Source: Lingula anatina (lineage: Eukaryota; Animalia; Brachiopoda). Taken from it: 64,000 bases of DNA. The notes below the pieces were generated by a model that was given only the letters and a program-made list of their open reading frames with translations, searched no databases and was not told the origin of the DNA. Made by a program: the position numbers and the translations under genes. The stretch is taken from the NCBI GenBank assembly GCA_051362555.1, contig CM120648.1, positions 19,464,587-19,528,586 on the forward strand, given 5' to 3'. This document shows, piece by piece, positions 1-13,250 of the stretch; positions within the stretch are counted from its first letter, which is position 1; each line of letters begins with the position of its first letter.

Positions 1-14
1 TTAGCCATAAATAA

Positions 15-190
15 CCAGTGGTGGATTTAGGTGGGGAGGGGGTCAGGGGGATCCTGGTTTCTGAAAAAAAATCACACTAGTATTCCCCTCTTGAAATTAG
101 AAATTTGACTAGCTGAATTATAGTTCTAAATAGAACTGAATGAAACTGTTCTCCCTATAAGGTATCAAATTTCTTCGGGGCCTTTTATAT
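15..190 (+). mobile_element. Partial MITE-like repeat (CAGTGGCGGATTTAGG...GGATCYGCCCCTG family)
   Basis: Begins CAGTGGTGGATTTAGG and shares the internal tttctgaaaaaaaatcacac...ttgaaattag segment with copies at 10152, 55583 and 56379. Right end approximate. Confidence 0.6.
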
Positions 191-2051
191 CTCATGGAAC
201 TGAATCAGTTGCCAGTGTTTCATGTTACCCTAGTGCATTATGCAAGAGGGTAAGAGTGATTATGCTATTATGTAACAGTGCTTCAAAGTTGGCCAAAAAT
301 TATTTTATGTACTTTTTTTCTGTAGTCTGAATATTTCACAGTTTAACTTTTGCTGCCTTGTTTCTTGGTGTCTATATATTTGCAAGCTTTGTATATTTTT
401 TAATTGAAATGTTGGAAAATAAGTAAAAGTAAAATGTCTGGATATAAGGTAAGATTTTTGAAAATACTTACCAGATTATACATAATATTGCTTATTGTAA
501 AAACTTCCAAGTCTAAGATTTCATTCTAGAGTTTTATCATGTCTATTTAAAAGTTTTGAAGTGCAAAACTTGTTTGCAAAAAAAGTGAAGGTTATGTCAA
601 TGTAGTATTTTTAATAATTATCCATCCATCAACTATTATAGCATCTTTTTGTTTTTGTCGTTTCACATATTGATTGAATCATTTCGGAAGCAACCGTGTG
701 CTGCGCGGAGTCATTGTGTAGAAGATGTTATTACATACAATGTGTAACAGTGATTTCAGTATTTTTTATCTACAAATTACAATTTCTGAACGTTCCGTGA
801 ATGGGACTCTGCACCAAACAGTTTCAAATAGTCACCTCAAGTTTGTAAAAGCTGCACTTGGTTGGGAAATTCAAGAATGAAAAAAAAAAGTTCTATTCAA
901 GTTAATCTTTTACTTCATATTGTATCTGAATACTGTATATTTAACATGGACATATCACTAATGAAAGACGGTTTCAAAGGCAGCCAAATGAATGTAATAA
1001 CTTGCATTAATATATTATCAACAATTTCATTGTAATAAACCTAGGAAAACTGACAACTTTTTTTCATGCTGTCTAAGACCAACCTCTTCCTAGGGCATGG
1101 ACACAGAGGGCCATGGAATAAATACTACAACAGCATGCTTATAAGCCATCACAATGTTCCAATAGTATTCAATGAATATAAGATAAAGTACAAAAAGCAG
1201 TAGGGCTCATAATTGTACATTAAATACATCTTCACCCAGAAATGTTACAAAATGCTGGTCATCAAGTACAACTTCTTCCAAATTGCAGAAAATATTGTTC
1301 TACTGAGTATGATTTGAATTTAACCTTTTTTTTTCATTTTATACTTTTTGCACTTGAACAACAACCGTTATTTTGCCAAATTGGTTATAAATATTGAATA
1401 TACATTCATCTGGATAAAAATGACTCCTTTATCAAATCTACCATTCCACTGTTCTGCATTCATGTGTGCAATCATTTGACACTGTGACAGTAACTCCACT
1501 TTTCAATAACCAGTTGTTCAATTTTTTCCACCCAGTGGATAAAGTAAATTTACATAGAAAAGCATGACGGTATCGACTGTGCAGCAACAAAATAACTACA
1601 ATTAGCAGCATTTGACTCTAAATCAAAATTTTACAAAAAAATTTCCACAGGTAAAGCACTAAAATGTAAAATTATTTTAAATAATTCAAACTTGCATTAA
1701 AAAACATTACAATTAATCTCTTTAGGTGTCAGAAACATTCACTGATAAAAAATAAAAAACTAAAGATAAAAATACTGATGAACCAGAAGACCCCAACTTC
1801 TCTCCACAGTCAACAAGAACGTCAACTCTTACAACAATATACTGAAAATGTCTTCTAAATAATGGTTGCCTAGGCTGAAAAAATGTATCTGCTGTCTCAG
1901 TCCTGTGACTATTTCATACCTTGACTAAAATGTTCTCAAATTTGGTAAGTTTTTCAAATTAACCCTCAATTGCAAAGGGAATCCCATTTTTCACATCTCT
2001 CTTGTAAGTGAAATAAAAGAATATGTCATCTCATTGGAAGCTGTGGATCTT

Positions 2052-2084
2052 CTAAATGGTCTCCACTGGTCGATGTATTGTTGC
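2052..2084 (-). pseudogene. DIS3L2: DIS3L2-like terminal coding exon (ATIHRPVETI*)
   Basis: Acceptor ttctctttccag, phase 0, 11 codons ending TAG. Aligns by eye with the AILKRP C-terminus of DIS3L2 and is phase-compatible with exon 3391-3558. Confidence 0.65.
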
Positions 2085-2820
2085 CTGGAAAGAGAATACC
2101 ACAATATAGCCACAAAATGCTCGGCCACTCAATTGGCTTGTACTGGTAACATTGAATCTACTTTACCTTAAGAACTGTAACATTAATTGCAAACTTAAAA
2201 CATGATTATGGTTGTTGTAATTATATTTTCATTTGCATTGGGTGTACAAGAGTTGACCTATTTTACCAATTTGACAAGTATCTCAAACATTGCAGTGCAA
2301 GTTGTACTATACTTCAGGAATTTCTAACCAAATGTCCTGTACACAACTCCCTCCCAAAGGATTTGGAATTTCATAGTATCTTAAGTCTAAAATCTGAGCA
2401 GCCATACACCCACCATACAGAGTTAAATATATATTATAATTATAACTGATTCTTCCTACTCGCTTTCTGAATGAACTCCACCATTCCCCTCTCAAGAGTT
2501 ACGAGTTACAATAAACTTTCACCCTTTCTTGATGACCCCCCCCCATGTACCCATCCAAGGTTTAAGATAATAACATACTTTCTGAATGACATCTACCCCC
2601 CTTTAGATTTTGGGTCAGCTCCCCACCCCTCACCTACTTCAACTGTTTTCACTGAATCTTAAAAAAATGTTCAAATGGTTAACCCAGTGGGCCTTATGAT
2701 TGTACATAAAATGTATCTTTACACAAAAATATTACTGAAACAAATGGAGGTAAAGATCAAAGGTTTCAGATAATAACTGATGCTTCCTACATACTTTTTG
2801 ATTGAAATCTAACCCCTTTA

Positions 2821-3393
2821 ACATTATTAATAAACTGCATTATACTAACAATCATCATTCCAGATGACCCCCCCTCCCCACAGACCTGTTAACAATTACT
2901 TACATTATTAATAAACTGCATTATACTAACAATCATCATTCCAGATGACCCCCCCTCCTCACAGACCTGTTAACAATTACTTACATTATTAAGAAACTGC
3001 ATTATACTAACAATCATCATTGCAGATGACCCCCCCCCCTCCTCACAGACCTGTTAACAATTACTTTCATTATTAATAAACTGCATTATACTAACAATCA
3101 TCATTCCAGATGACCCCCCCTCCCCACAGACCTGTTAACAATTACTTACATTATTAATAAACTGCATTGTACTAACAATCATCATTCCAGATGACCCCCC
3201 TCCCCACAGGCCTGTTAACAATTACTTACATTATTAATAAACTGCATTATACTAACAATCATCATTCCAGATGACCCCCCTCCCCACAGGCCTATTAACA
3301 GTTACTTACATTATTAATAAACTACATTATACTAACAATCATCATTCCAGATGACCCCCCCTCCCCACAGGCCTGTTAACAATTACTTACATT
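2821..3393. repeat. Tandem array, ~81-bp unit x7, duplicating the DIS3L2 5' splice site and intron start
   Basis: Unit acattattaataaactgc...gttaacaattactt. On the minus strand units read AAT|GTAAGTAATT, the same as the real donor at 3390 (one copy mutated). Confidence 0.95.
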
Positions 3394-3558
3394 CCACTTC
3401 AGGGGCCGGTCATCAGCCTTAAGAATTCACTGGACATGAGTGAAGATGGTCACTTTCTGGGTGACCTCCCTGCGGTGGTCATCATCTGGGGCCCACACCA
3501 GGGTCAGCTCAGGACATTTACGGACCTTCTGGTAGGAGAAACTGATCAGGGGAAGTTT
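3391..3558 (-). pseudogene. DIS3L2: DIS3L2-like penultimate exon (S1-domain region) with in-frame TGA at 3427-3429
   Basis: AG/GT-bounded 168-nt phase 0/0 exon: KLPLISFSYQKVRKCPELTLVWAPDDDHRREVTQKVTIFTHVQ*ILKADDRPLKWN. Matches the QKVGKKPELTLVWEP...ITIFSLVEVVLQA region of DIS3L2. Confidence 0.85.
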
Positions 3559-3801
3559 CTGGAAACACGAAGCAATGGTCTTTATCATATAAAAAGATGT
3601 ACACAGTTTGCACATCAGCAATGAAACTGTTTAAAAGGATGCCATCAAAATTTCCCTGAACTTTGTACATTTTAATGTAAAAATTAAAATAAAATTATGC
3701 TACAGAAAGTTCAAGTAAAAACTATGAAGAGGACAGCAATATATTATGCATATATATAATATAAAGTGACTGAAAAAGTAAGCGATGGCAAAAACAGAGA
3801 C

Positions 3802-3968
3802 CAGGGGAAGATCCAGAGATATTTTCTGACAGTCTTCCAAATTATCTTTGGTGATCCATTCTCCATTTTTGATCATATTCTGACAGAAAAAAAATCAGAT
3901 CACCATCAATGTCAACTTGAAAAATTCTGATCATCCACCAGAATACACCTTAATTCCATCTGCCCCTA
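3802..3968. mobile_element. MITE-like repeat (CAGGGG..GATCCAG / ATCTGCCCCT ends)
   Basis: Imperfect terminal inverted repeats; related partial copy at about 45557-45650. Confidence 0.5.
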
Positions 3969-4016
3969 TAGACAAGCATAGATAAAGTGCCCCGACCCTC
4001 CACTTTCCTTACTCAC

Positions 4017-4121
4017 ATCACAGTACACTCTCTTCACCACTCCAAGCTTTAGCACCAAAACATCAAAACCTTTCTCCAGGACTCCCATCACCATCCCTTG
4101 TTCCTCCAGTGGACCACATTC
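4017..4121 (-). pseudogene. DIS3L2: DIS3L2-like exon ([35 protein letters not shown])
   Basis: 105-nt phase 0/0 exon with acceptor ttatttccag and donor gtgagt. Close match to DIS3L2 [35 protein letters not shown]. Confidence 0.9.
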
Positions 4122-4458
4122 CTGGAAATAATAAGGTAAGACAAATTCAGATATATCCTATATAACTTGTTCTTCTAGTGGACCACATTCCTGGAAAAAA
4201 TAAGGTAAGACAAATTCAGATATATCCTATAACTTGTTCCTCTAGTGGACCACATTCCTGGAAATAATAAGGTATGACAAAGTCAGATATATCCTATAAC
4301 TTGTTCCTCTAGTGGACCACATTCCTGGAAGACATAAGGTATGACAAAGTCAGATATATCCTATAACTTGTTCCTCTAGTGGACCACATTCCTGGAAGAC
4401 ATAAGGTATGACAAAGTCACATATATCCTATAACTTGTTCTTCTAGTGGACCACATTC
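4097..4458. repeat. Tandem array, 67-bp unit x~5.3, duplicating the DIS3L2 3' splice site plus ~25 nt of exon
   Basis: Unit cttgttcctctagtggaccacattcctggaaataataagg...atcctataa; minus strand reads ttccag|GAATGTGGTCCAC in each full copy. Confidence 0.95.
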
Positions 4459-4699
4459 TTTAGATATTCTCATCAGATAGATAAGGTGACTTCTGTTTCT
4501 AGTGATTTTGAGCAAACCTGCTGAAAATCTACAATGGGACATTCCATGATGCAATATAGATATTCCCCACATTTTATACTAATAGCATTATTTGTGTTGT
4601 GATACTCATCTGTACTAAAACACATAATGCCATGTGTAGAGGTGTCCTCAAAGAAGTATCTGCTGCTGTTTACCATCATCAGAGCCAGTGTAGACATTC

Positions 4700-5019
4700 C
4701 AGTACTTGTATATATTTAGCTGACAATAATGACGTACAATAATCTAGACAATCTAGTGGTTGTAAAGTACTTGTATATATTTAGCTGACAATAATGACAT
4801 ATATTAATCAAGACAATCTAGTAGTTGTAAAGTACTGTAATATATTAAGCTGAAAATAATGTCATATATTAAACAAGACAATCTAGTAGTTGTAAAGTAC
4901 TTGTATATATTTAGCTGAAAATAATGACATATATTAACCAAGACAATCTTGAAGTTGTAAAGAACTTTCAAATATTTAGCTTAAAATAATGTTATATACT
5001 TAATTAAGACAATCTAGTA

Positions 5020-5096
<77 letters not shown>

Positions 5097-5975
5097 GAAA
5101 ACACTAACAATACTTAATTGAGACACTATAGTTCTTGTAAATATTGAATTGAAAATATTCATAATAATTAAGATGCCCTAGCACTTTTATAGAAGTTGTC
5201 AATATTGAATCGAAAGTACTAACAATACTTAAATAAGACACTTAAGTAATTGTAAAATACTTGTAAATATTGAATTGAAATTACAGACAATGCTTGATTA
5301 AAGATGCATACAAAGTCAATTTTTTGTCACAAAAACCAACCAAATGCCAGCATATAGTTTCAAGTAGTATAACTAAGAGAATTACCAAAAGGCATTGTTT
5401 AATTTTACCCGAAAATGATGTTTGAACAGATTTTTCTGCTGGCATTCTAAGCTGTATGTCAATGGGGCAGGAAAGTAGGTCACAAATGTAGGTTAAATTT
5501 ACAACCATAAATTTAAAGAAAGGAGCAGTCTGAAGGTCTTTTATGGCTGATCGAGTGATCTATTCAGTTTATCCCTTGGCATGTCGAATTTATTTGAGTC
5601 ATATAAGAATCTAGTAGAAGTGGTTTACATGTGTTACTGGGAATCCATGCTCCACCGATGCTCGGTTCGTATGTACCTTTAAGACAGTGCTCTCGTACAT
5701 GTACTTGTTAAGTAGTTGTAAAAATTGACTTAAATAGGCCTACTGACAATATGAAATGAAGACAGTCTAATACTTGTAAATATTGATTTGAAAATACTGA
5801 CAGTACTTAAGTAATTGTAGAATACTTGTAAATACATAACTGAAAATACTGATAATACTTAATTGAAAGCCTCTAGTAAATATTTAGCTGAAAATTTCAA
5901 CAAAACTTAAATAAGACACTCCTGTAAATTACTTGTGAAGTACCAGTAAATATTGGATTGTAAAATACTGACAAC
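4700..5975. repeat. Degenerate ~65-bp tandem array interrupted by (TA)n (5023-5092) and a Kolobok-type insertion
   Basis: Recurrent agtacttgtatatatttagctgacaataatgac...agacaatctagtagttgtaa units that decay toward 5975. Confidence 0.8.
5298..5682 (-). mobile_element. Kolobok-type non-autonomous element, TTAA target duplication
   Basis: ttaa-AGATGCATAC...GTATGTACCT-ttaa. Near-identical inverted full copy at 46086-46467 and truncated copy at 24695. Confidence 0.8.
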
Positions 5976-5978
5976 AGA

Positions 5979-6555
5979 TAGGAAAGTTTGGCATAGTCAA
6001 ACGACATTTTATGGCGACAACAATCTCCAGAGCTTATTTATGCACATGTCCATTCTGCACATGCTCAATTGTGCACTAGAGGGGTAATCTCCTTTGAGGC
6101 ACATGTTGCTACTTATACCATGGGGCATCACTGCCTGGCCTCAGTTTGCTTGATTCATCTGTTCACGAGCATGATACAATTAAGCTACAAGTTATCTCAA
6201 ATCTGCAACTGAAATCTTCAGTTCAAAAATTTTCATTTTACCACAAATGAAATTTGTGCAAAATTGTTGGTAAATAATAACTTTTGCTGACTCGTCGCAT
6301 CATAATTTTTAGGATGATGAGTCTCATTGAATATTTGATATATAATCTTTATCCCTAAGGCCATAGCATTTAATACAGGCAACAATTTGCTACATTGTTA
6401 TTATTGTTAAAACGATTAGGATAGAGGGGTCATATAATAAAAGCGGCCTGGTTTGGCTAAATCACGAACAAACAATATTCCTTGTTGCCTTCTTTCTTGC
6501 TATGAATGAGAGTATAAAAGTTGGTGGTACACTGAGATGGAGGAGACATAAAGGA
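5979..6555 (+). repeat. Dispersed repeat, inverted copy of 34380-34700 + 35285-35540
   Basis: Colinear reverse-complement identity, e.g. ggaaagtttggc.tagtcaaacga.attttatggcgacaacaatctccagagc and aataataacttttgctgactcgtc. Confidence 0.85.
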
Positions 6556-7039
6556 TATATATATATACCTCTCTAAATAACTGATTTAATCTGTGTAAAT
6601 AGATAATCCAGTTATTACAGTAATCACCTTAAGATTCATATCTTTTGACATTTGTGTTTATTTCAATATATAAATTACACACCAGTGTATGTCTTGTTTT
6701 CCTTTTTATGGACAGACTCTGTCTGGACATTCACTCCTCAGCCGCATCTGCTTTTGTCTATAGTGCTGTCTATGCTGTACTTTCTTCATTAACACACAAC
6801 ATCAAATATCTTCATAAATATACGGGCAAGCCAAAGTCCCTACAGAATTTAATGCAGATGGAATTTAACCACAGTGAAAAGACGATAGATTGACACTGTC
6901 CATGATTAAGACAGTGCTCTAGTACTTGCTAAGTAGTTGCAAATAACCATTTTGGTAATAATTTCATCACAGAAACCATAACAGCCCTCTGATTCACAAC
7001 ACATAACAGTTTAAAGTTTGCATTTTAACACTGAGATAT

Positions 7040-7345
7040 CAGGCTTGCTCAGTGACTGTGTACATGTGCTGCCACTTACCGGTGACCAATTGCACCAGCA
7101 TGGCACAAGAGGCAGAGGTACTGGTCAGCTGTATGTACCATGGGTAGGGTGTACAGACAGCTATGGCCACATCTTCATTGCTGACTGTTATAACAGGATA
7201 GTGGCACTGAGTCCACAGGGACAGTTGATCAGATACATTGTCACTAAGGATGATGATAAACTGGTGTATCCTACGTACAGCAGTAGTCATCAACCCTGCT
7301 GACCTATTGGTGGCAGCTGAGGCACAGAGTGAATTGAGGACCTTC
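7040..7345 (+). pseudogene. NHL-repeat (TRIM2/3/71-like beta-propeller) C-terminal fragment
   Basis: HQHGTRGRGTGQLYVPWVGCTDSYGHIFIADCYNRIVALSPQGQLIRYIVT, then a frameshift near 7275 into AVVINPADLLVAAE. No upstream domains are visible. Confidence 0.8.
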
Positions 7346-8595
7346 AATACTCGAAATGAAACATATTGCTCAGATTTTACATATTGTAATACTGGGCTTT
7401 TTAACTGGAGAGCATCGCAAATCGCTACTGAGCACAAGCATGGCGATTCGTTGCAATTCCATAACTCATAAGCATCACAATTTCCAACCGAGTGCTTATA
7501 GTAATAGTGGTATCACCTTTAGTCTGAGGTCATTATTTGTGGCGAGTAAATCCCATCGCAAAGGCCTTTGCACATACATGATTAGTCATTTTATGTGCCT
7601 TTCATGTAATTAAACATACAGTGTCTTTCATGTAATTAATTGGGTTTCTAGGGATAATAGCATATGTATAACAATGCATGAAAGCTAATGAAAGATGGAG
7701 TCACTCGGCACCTCTGATAGAAAAAAAAACTTGCAGTAAATTTTCATGTGTTAAAGTCATGTTTCGTCACGCATAAAAGATCAACTTTCAACATTTCATA
7801 TATCATGTTATATTTTCTGATGAATGTTCATCTGTGTAGTCTTTTGATAATAATTATCTGTCAAACAATCAAGAATCACAACAGCAAGTTCACTTTGTTA
7901 CCATTGAAGTAAAATACTGACAATACTTTATGAAAACGACATCCATCTTTCAAAAACTGACGTGTGGGTTATCTTCTCTATGATCTCCACACTAAAGCAA
8001 TAGTCTAGAAATATATGCAAAAGTCTTCACATTTATCGTGTAACATCTTTGATCTTGTAATATCTTCATTTCAATTAAAAAGAATTAAAAAGAACGACTG
8101 TTTGATGATATTCTTTTAATGAACTGGTAATTTTTTTTCTGGTACTTATACAATTTTATAGTTAATTTTCATTTCTCCCATTTTTATTTGTAAAATACAA
8201 AAGTGCACAGACTTTGCGTACATTTAAGATCAAATACCGTAAAAGGCGAGTAACTGAGAATTATTGTCGACATTGCTATTTTAAAGTCAAAATTTGTTTG
8301 TTTTTTTTTTTTTTTCATATGGATCATTTGTTATGAATATTGGCATACAGAGACAAATAATCTTAAGTTTCAAAAATGATTCCAAAAGAAAAAATACTTA
8401 GCAAAAGAAATTGACATTGGCCAAACACAAAGTCTTAACAGTCAAAACTGGGTAGGGCCTCGGGATGCTTCAATGCAGGCCGCGATCTGTTGGTGCCTGC
8501 ATGCTTCGGATGAAGCCCTCATCACGCTTATTCGGAATCAGCAGGAATGAAGAAGAATGAGCCTGAACGAAGAATTTTTAAAATTCACACCACAT

Positions 8596-9298
8596 TCCTC
8601 TCTCAGCAGCTACTGTGCTGGTAGGTACACATGTATGCTAGTACCTGTTATACAACGAGTTATTTCAATGACAGTATCCTCTCTCAGTAGCTACTGTGCT
8701 GGTAGGTACACATGTATGCTAGTACCTGTTATACAACGAGTTATTTCAATGACAGTATCCTCTCTCAGTAGCTACTGTGCTGGTAGGTACACATGTATGC
8801 TAGTACCTGTTATACAACGAGTTATTTCAATGACAGTATCCCCGCTCAGTAGCTACTGTGCTGGTATGTACACATGTATGCTAGTACCTGTTATACAACG
8901 AGTTATTTCAATGACAGTATCCTCTCTCAGTAGCTACTGTGCTGGTAGGTACACATGTATGCTAGTACCTGTTATACAATGAGTTATTTCAATGACAGTA
9001 TCCCCGCTCAGTAGCTACTGTGCTGGTAGGTACACATGTATGCTAGTACCTGTTATACAACGAGTTATTTCAATGACAGTATCCTCTCTCAGTAGCTACT
9101 GTGCTGGTAGGTACACATGTATGCTAGTACCTGTTATACAACGAGTTATTTCAATGACAGTATCCTCTCTCAGTAGCTACTGTGCTGGTAGGTACACATG
9201 TATGCTACTAGTACCTGTTATACAACGAGTTATTTCAATGACAGTATCCTCTCTCAGTAGCTACTGTGCTGGTAGGTACACATGTATGCTAGTACCTG
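8596..9298. repeat. Tandem array, 81-bp unit x~8.7
   Basis: Unit tcctctctcagtagctactgtgctggtaggtacacatgtatgctagtacctgttatacaacgagttatttcaatgacagta; copies nearly identical. Confidence 0.97.
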
Positions 9299-10151
9299 CT
9301 TTAAACACGTATGACATGGTTACTTGGATATTGAAAAAGGCCGGAACACATTTGACATCAGTAGAATTGAGAAAAAAAATGTGTGTAGTCGTAAATCATA
9401 ATTTTCAACAACATTTTCTATTATAACATGTGCAGGTAACTCAAGTCACCTTGTTAAGATAATGGCACACAAAGAGCCGGTTGCCCGCCATTTCTTAAAA
9501 AGGGGAATCCCCGCCCTAATGTTGTAGATTGATAGTTTTCTGACCAATAGATGTGATTGTAACACTACATCCTAGACACATTTCCTGGCACATGCACCAT
9601 AGGTATGTGAATTTTTACTGGTCACAAATCCTCGAGCATCATCAAACCCCTTTAACCGTTTAACCCTGCAGGCAAACATGCAGCAGTTTATCAGAGGAAT
9701 GATGCGACAGTTGCTAAGGATCATATTTGCCTTATGTGGGAACGTTTGAGATAACGGACATAAATGCAGAAAGTCAAAAGCGTGAGTGTTATTTAAACTG
9801 TATTTACTCATCCACACAGAGCACTTGTACTCGCTGATTACTTTCAGTAACAAAGCAACAACTGCAGCTATCAGAATAACCAGATGTAAACCATATAGAC
9901 AATCTGCGGGCTGTCATTCCTCGCTGAATCAGCGGCCTACTGGTCCTACAATAAATCTAAACCAGCTACAAGAAATACTTCGATGCTGTCACTTGGATAT
10001 CGGCCGTGCCTGTTTTGGCAGTTATTAGTCGCTCCCTTCTAGTCTTCTGGTAAGTAAAATTCTCCTCTGACATAATTAACACCTTTCTATTTTGCGGTGG
10101 GATAGAAATCGGTTTTATATCCTGTTTCACCTATATTATTCGATCATTGAT

Positions 10152-10307
10152 CAGTGACGGATTTAGGGTATGCCAGAGGGATCCTGTCCCTCCCTCCCGA
10201 TTTCTGAAATTAATCACAACAATGGTCCCCTCTTGAAATTACCCAAGGGGGGGGGGTCGCCTTTACATCCCCGGAACCCCCTTCAAATAATCCTGGATCC
10301 ACCCCTG
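10152..10307 (+). mobile_element. MITE-like element (CAGTGACGGATTTAGG...CCTGGATCCACCCCTG)
   Basis: Imperfect TIRs; same family as 15, 55583 and 56379. Confidence 0.7.
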
Positions 10308-13169
10308 ATTAATGATGGAAAATGCTAAAATAATGTCTCAATTGTGGCGTGCTTAGGTCCCGTATTATGGAAGGAAACGGAAGTGCGCTGATAACGTTGC
10401 GTGAGGTAAAACAAATACCAGACACAATATGGGTATCTAAAATGACGAAAGTGTATAATAAAATGAATATCAGCGATAAAATGTCTAATATTATTCATAT
10501 TGTTGACCTTTTTACGAGATTTTAAATATAAATGTTGTTCAAATCGTTAAATACTCATTAACAGCTTCATTGAATCGGATTATGAAACAAAACTAGGGGC
10601 AGAAAGACACTGTGACGTGGGAGTATTTGAAGCAATTTGTAGTCGTATAGTAATTGGAATTGTTTTATAAGAGTATTAATTTCAGTCATTGTTTTTTCTT
10701 CAAGACTATGCTTCACAAGAGTGTCCTCCAACATAACGAAAGTCAGTTTGTCACTGCTTTCTAGGACTTTACCTCTCGCCCTCTGAAAAAAAAAAAAAAG
10801 ATCGCACCCATAATTTTGTCTAGATTTCCGTAGGGTTAATTCTTGAAGCCCACTCAAAAAATTATCAAACCTTTGATGTAACTTGATTCAACCTCACTGC
10901 TGTCTGTAAATACCAGCACAAATTTAATACAGTTTTCGTAAGGGGAAACCCTCAGTCGCTCATGATGGGGCAGTAGTCGACTAGATCTGCCTCATCAGAT
11001 TGACTTAGGGACAGCTTTCCATGCACACCTCCCTTCAGAAAACATATTGCAATTCACTGCCACATTTCAATTTCAGTGTTATTGTTCACTATGTCAGCTC
11101 AGCGTAGCATGGACTGCATGTACATCGTGTGTACAAAGAAATAATTTTGGGTGACTATATTTAGAGAGCGCACATCGTAACCAACCGCTTATCGCAGGCA
11201 ATACAAATACTGATATCGATTACCGTCATCACAACGTCAAAGCTTTTTCTGCTGGCAGAAATAGAAATTAAAACTAAGATGTATCTTTGAGAGTTCTGTT
11301 GACAACTGAGATATCTCTGTCTGATACACAGTTGTCTAACATATTCTCTTTTGTTGTTCTAAACTAAGGTATTGACTGTAATGGTATAGGTCCTATACAT
11401 ACATGTATATTCTTCCATAATACACCACCGTACCATTCCACTATAGTTCTGCCTAAGTAACTATAGATGGGAGTCATCTTCGGAGAATCCCATTTATGTA
11501 ACTATCTATGTTACTCAGTGATTACTGCATGTAGAAATTGTATGCAGGTGTCACACTGTCCCGAAATTGACACGGAATGGACACACGATCAATAAAAACT
11601 TCAAATAGGGTTCTGATCGTGAAAAAATCAAAGAAAAGAAAAGGCACCACAAGCCGTTGACAAAAACATGTAATTGATTCAATGATAATTATAACATTCT
11701 GTTATGTGCATATATAAAATACAATACAAAATGTTAAACAATAAAAAGATAAAAAGGGAGAATTTGGTCAGATGACCGAATGTAATACAAGGGAACATAT
11801 TTGATTAAATTGGATTTCTTGTGACTATAATATGTAACGTTCACAGGGACTGATATCTATTATCCATCCCTTCTGTAAACTGTTGCATCCTGTACGTGTT
11901 TTTAGCAACGAAAAAAACCCGCTTACATTCGGCCCAATAAGTCGTGAAAGTCATTGGAAACTTAAACTATTATGTTTGTCAAAGTTCTCCTTTACCTGAA
12001 CACCCACGAACACCGTTTTAACACTAACATACTGACACCATTTAGTACTCCAAAACCCTGTCAGCAATTTTTTCTTAAATTTTCATTTCGGATATTATTG
12101 TTGCTAAAGCAAAATAGTGCCTTTGTTTAGTTAAGATCTGTAAATAAAGGATCGTAACTCCATAACAAAAGGATTAACCAAAATGTCGGCAAGCAATTGT
12201 AGCCCACTGACTCGTGGTCAACTATGCCAATTTTCGTGATACAATCTTATTTGTGGATGAAATAACGCCCCAAACCGATTTTTATCCCACCTCAAAAAGA
12301 AAGGTGTTAAATTGAAAATAAAAGTTTTGAGCTGCCTAGGCTTATACATTACAACGAGTGCATTTTATTGCTTGAAATCAGCAAAGATAAACCCATTCAA
12401 TAATAATTAGACACAGGGAAAACTCATTTTCGGTATCTAGATGATAACAAATGCTTAAAATACCCCTAAGCTTCGTCAGCTTATTTATCCCTAACAACCA
12501 GCACGCAGCTTATCAGGCCGAGTACTATAGTGACGTCACCCCTTATTCAGTGAGCGGTGATCCCCTCCTGGCGCAACGTCCGCTCTATTAAAAAATTCTA
12601 ACAAACGTTGTGAATTAGGTTTGACTTCCTTTGTCTTTTCGAATAAGTTTGTAAAACATGAATAATTTCGATAATTTCCTTTTACACACACATACACACA
12701 CACAAAAAAAAATAAATAAATAAATAAATAAATAAAAGGAAAGGTATTGCTACAGGGGGAACACAAGGTCAACGTTCACCATTTGTATGAATAGTAACAT
12801 TTAAGATAATGAGAGAACTCTTAACTTGTACAATACATCGCTCTAAAACGGTGGATAACGCTGTTACAAATGTGTTTCAAAGTCGTGCCTGTCTACATAA
12901 GGTTATGACCCTGAGCCAAGCACACTAAGTAACAAATATAACAACAGATACATCATATCCATCTATTGCAAATGCTGCGGGTGCATTGTTACAGAAAGGA
13001 AACTTGTACTGTAAAACGGAGAAATTGTCTAGGGTAATTTGTCGTTGTTTTACTCAAGATCAACCAGGTCGTTGCAAAGGCAGCCTTCCAAATATAACTT
13101 CTCTTTAAATAAACTGATCCTGACGCCTGTACGTAAAGATAAGCAGGGTATGATATCATTCACTGTTGA

Positions 13170-13250
13170 CCTGTAGAAGGCGATTTCAAGAAAGTTAACC
13201 TCTATAACCAAGATAAACTGATCAGGGCATGGGAATTCATTGACATCATG
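13170..13250 (-). pseudogene. Decayed signal-peptide exon, paralog of 29918-29986
   Basis: MMSMNSHALISLSWL*RLTFLKSPSTG followed by a weak GTCAAC donor. Flanks 12540-12650 and 13135-13375 align directly with 29755-30130. Confidence 0.6.

Noticed and set aside
8557-9426. Repetitive ORFs of 141 and 144 aa (also 51082-51558, 60450-60959, 62343-63077)
   Set aside because: They are by-products of tandem units with lengths divisible by three, or antisense readings of them.
10567-10857. Possible exon after a polyT-CAG acceptor as exon 2 of the 13-kb paralog
   Set aside because: The phase-1 reading hits an immediate stop and there is no similarity to the mucin exon.
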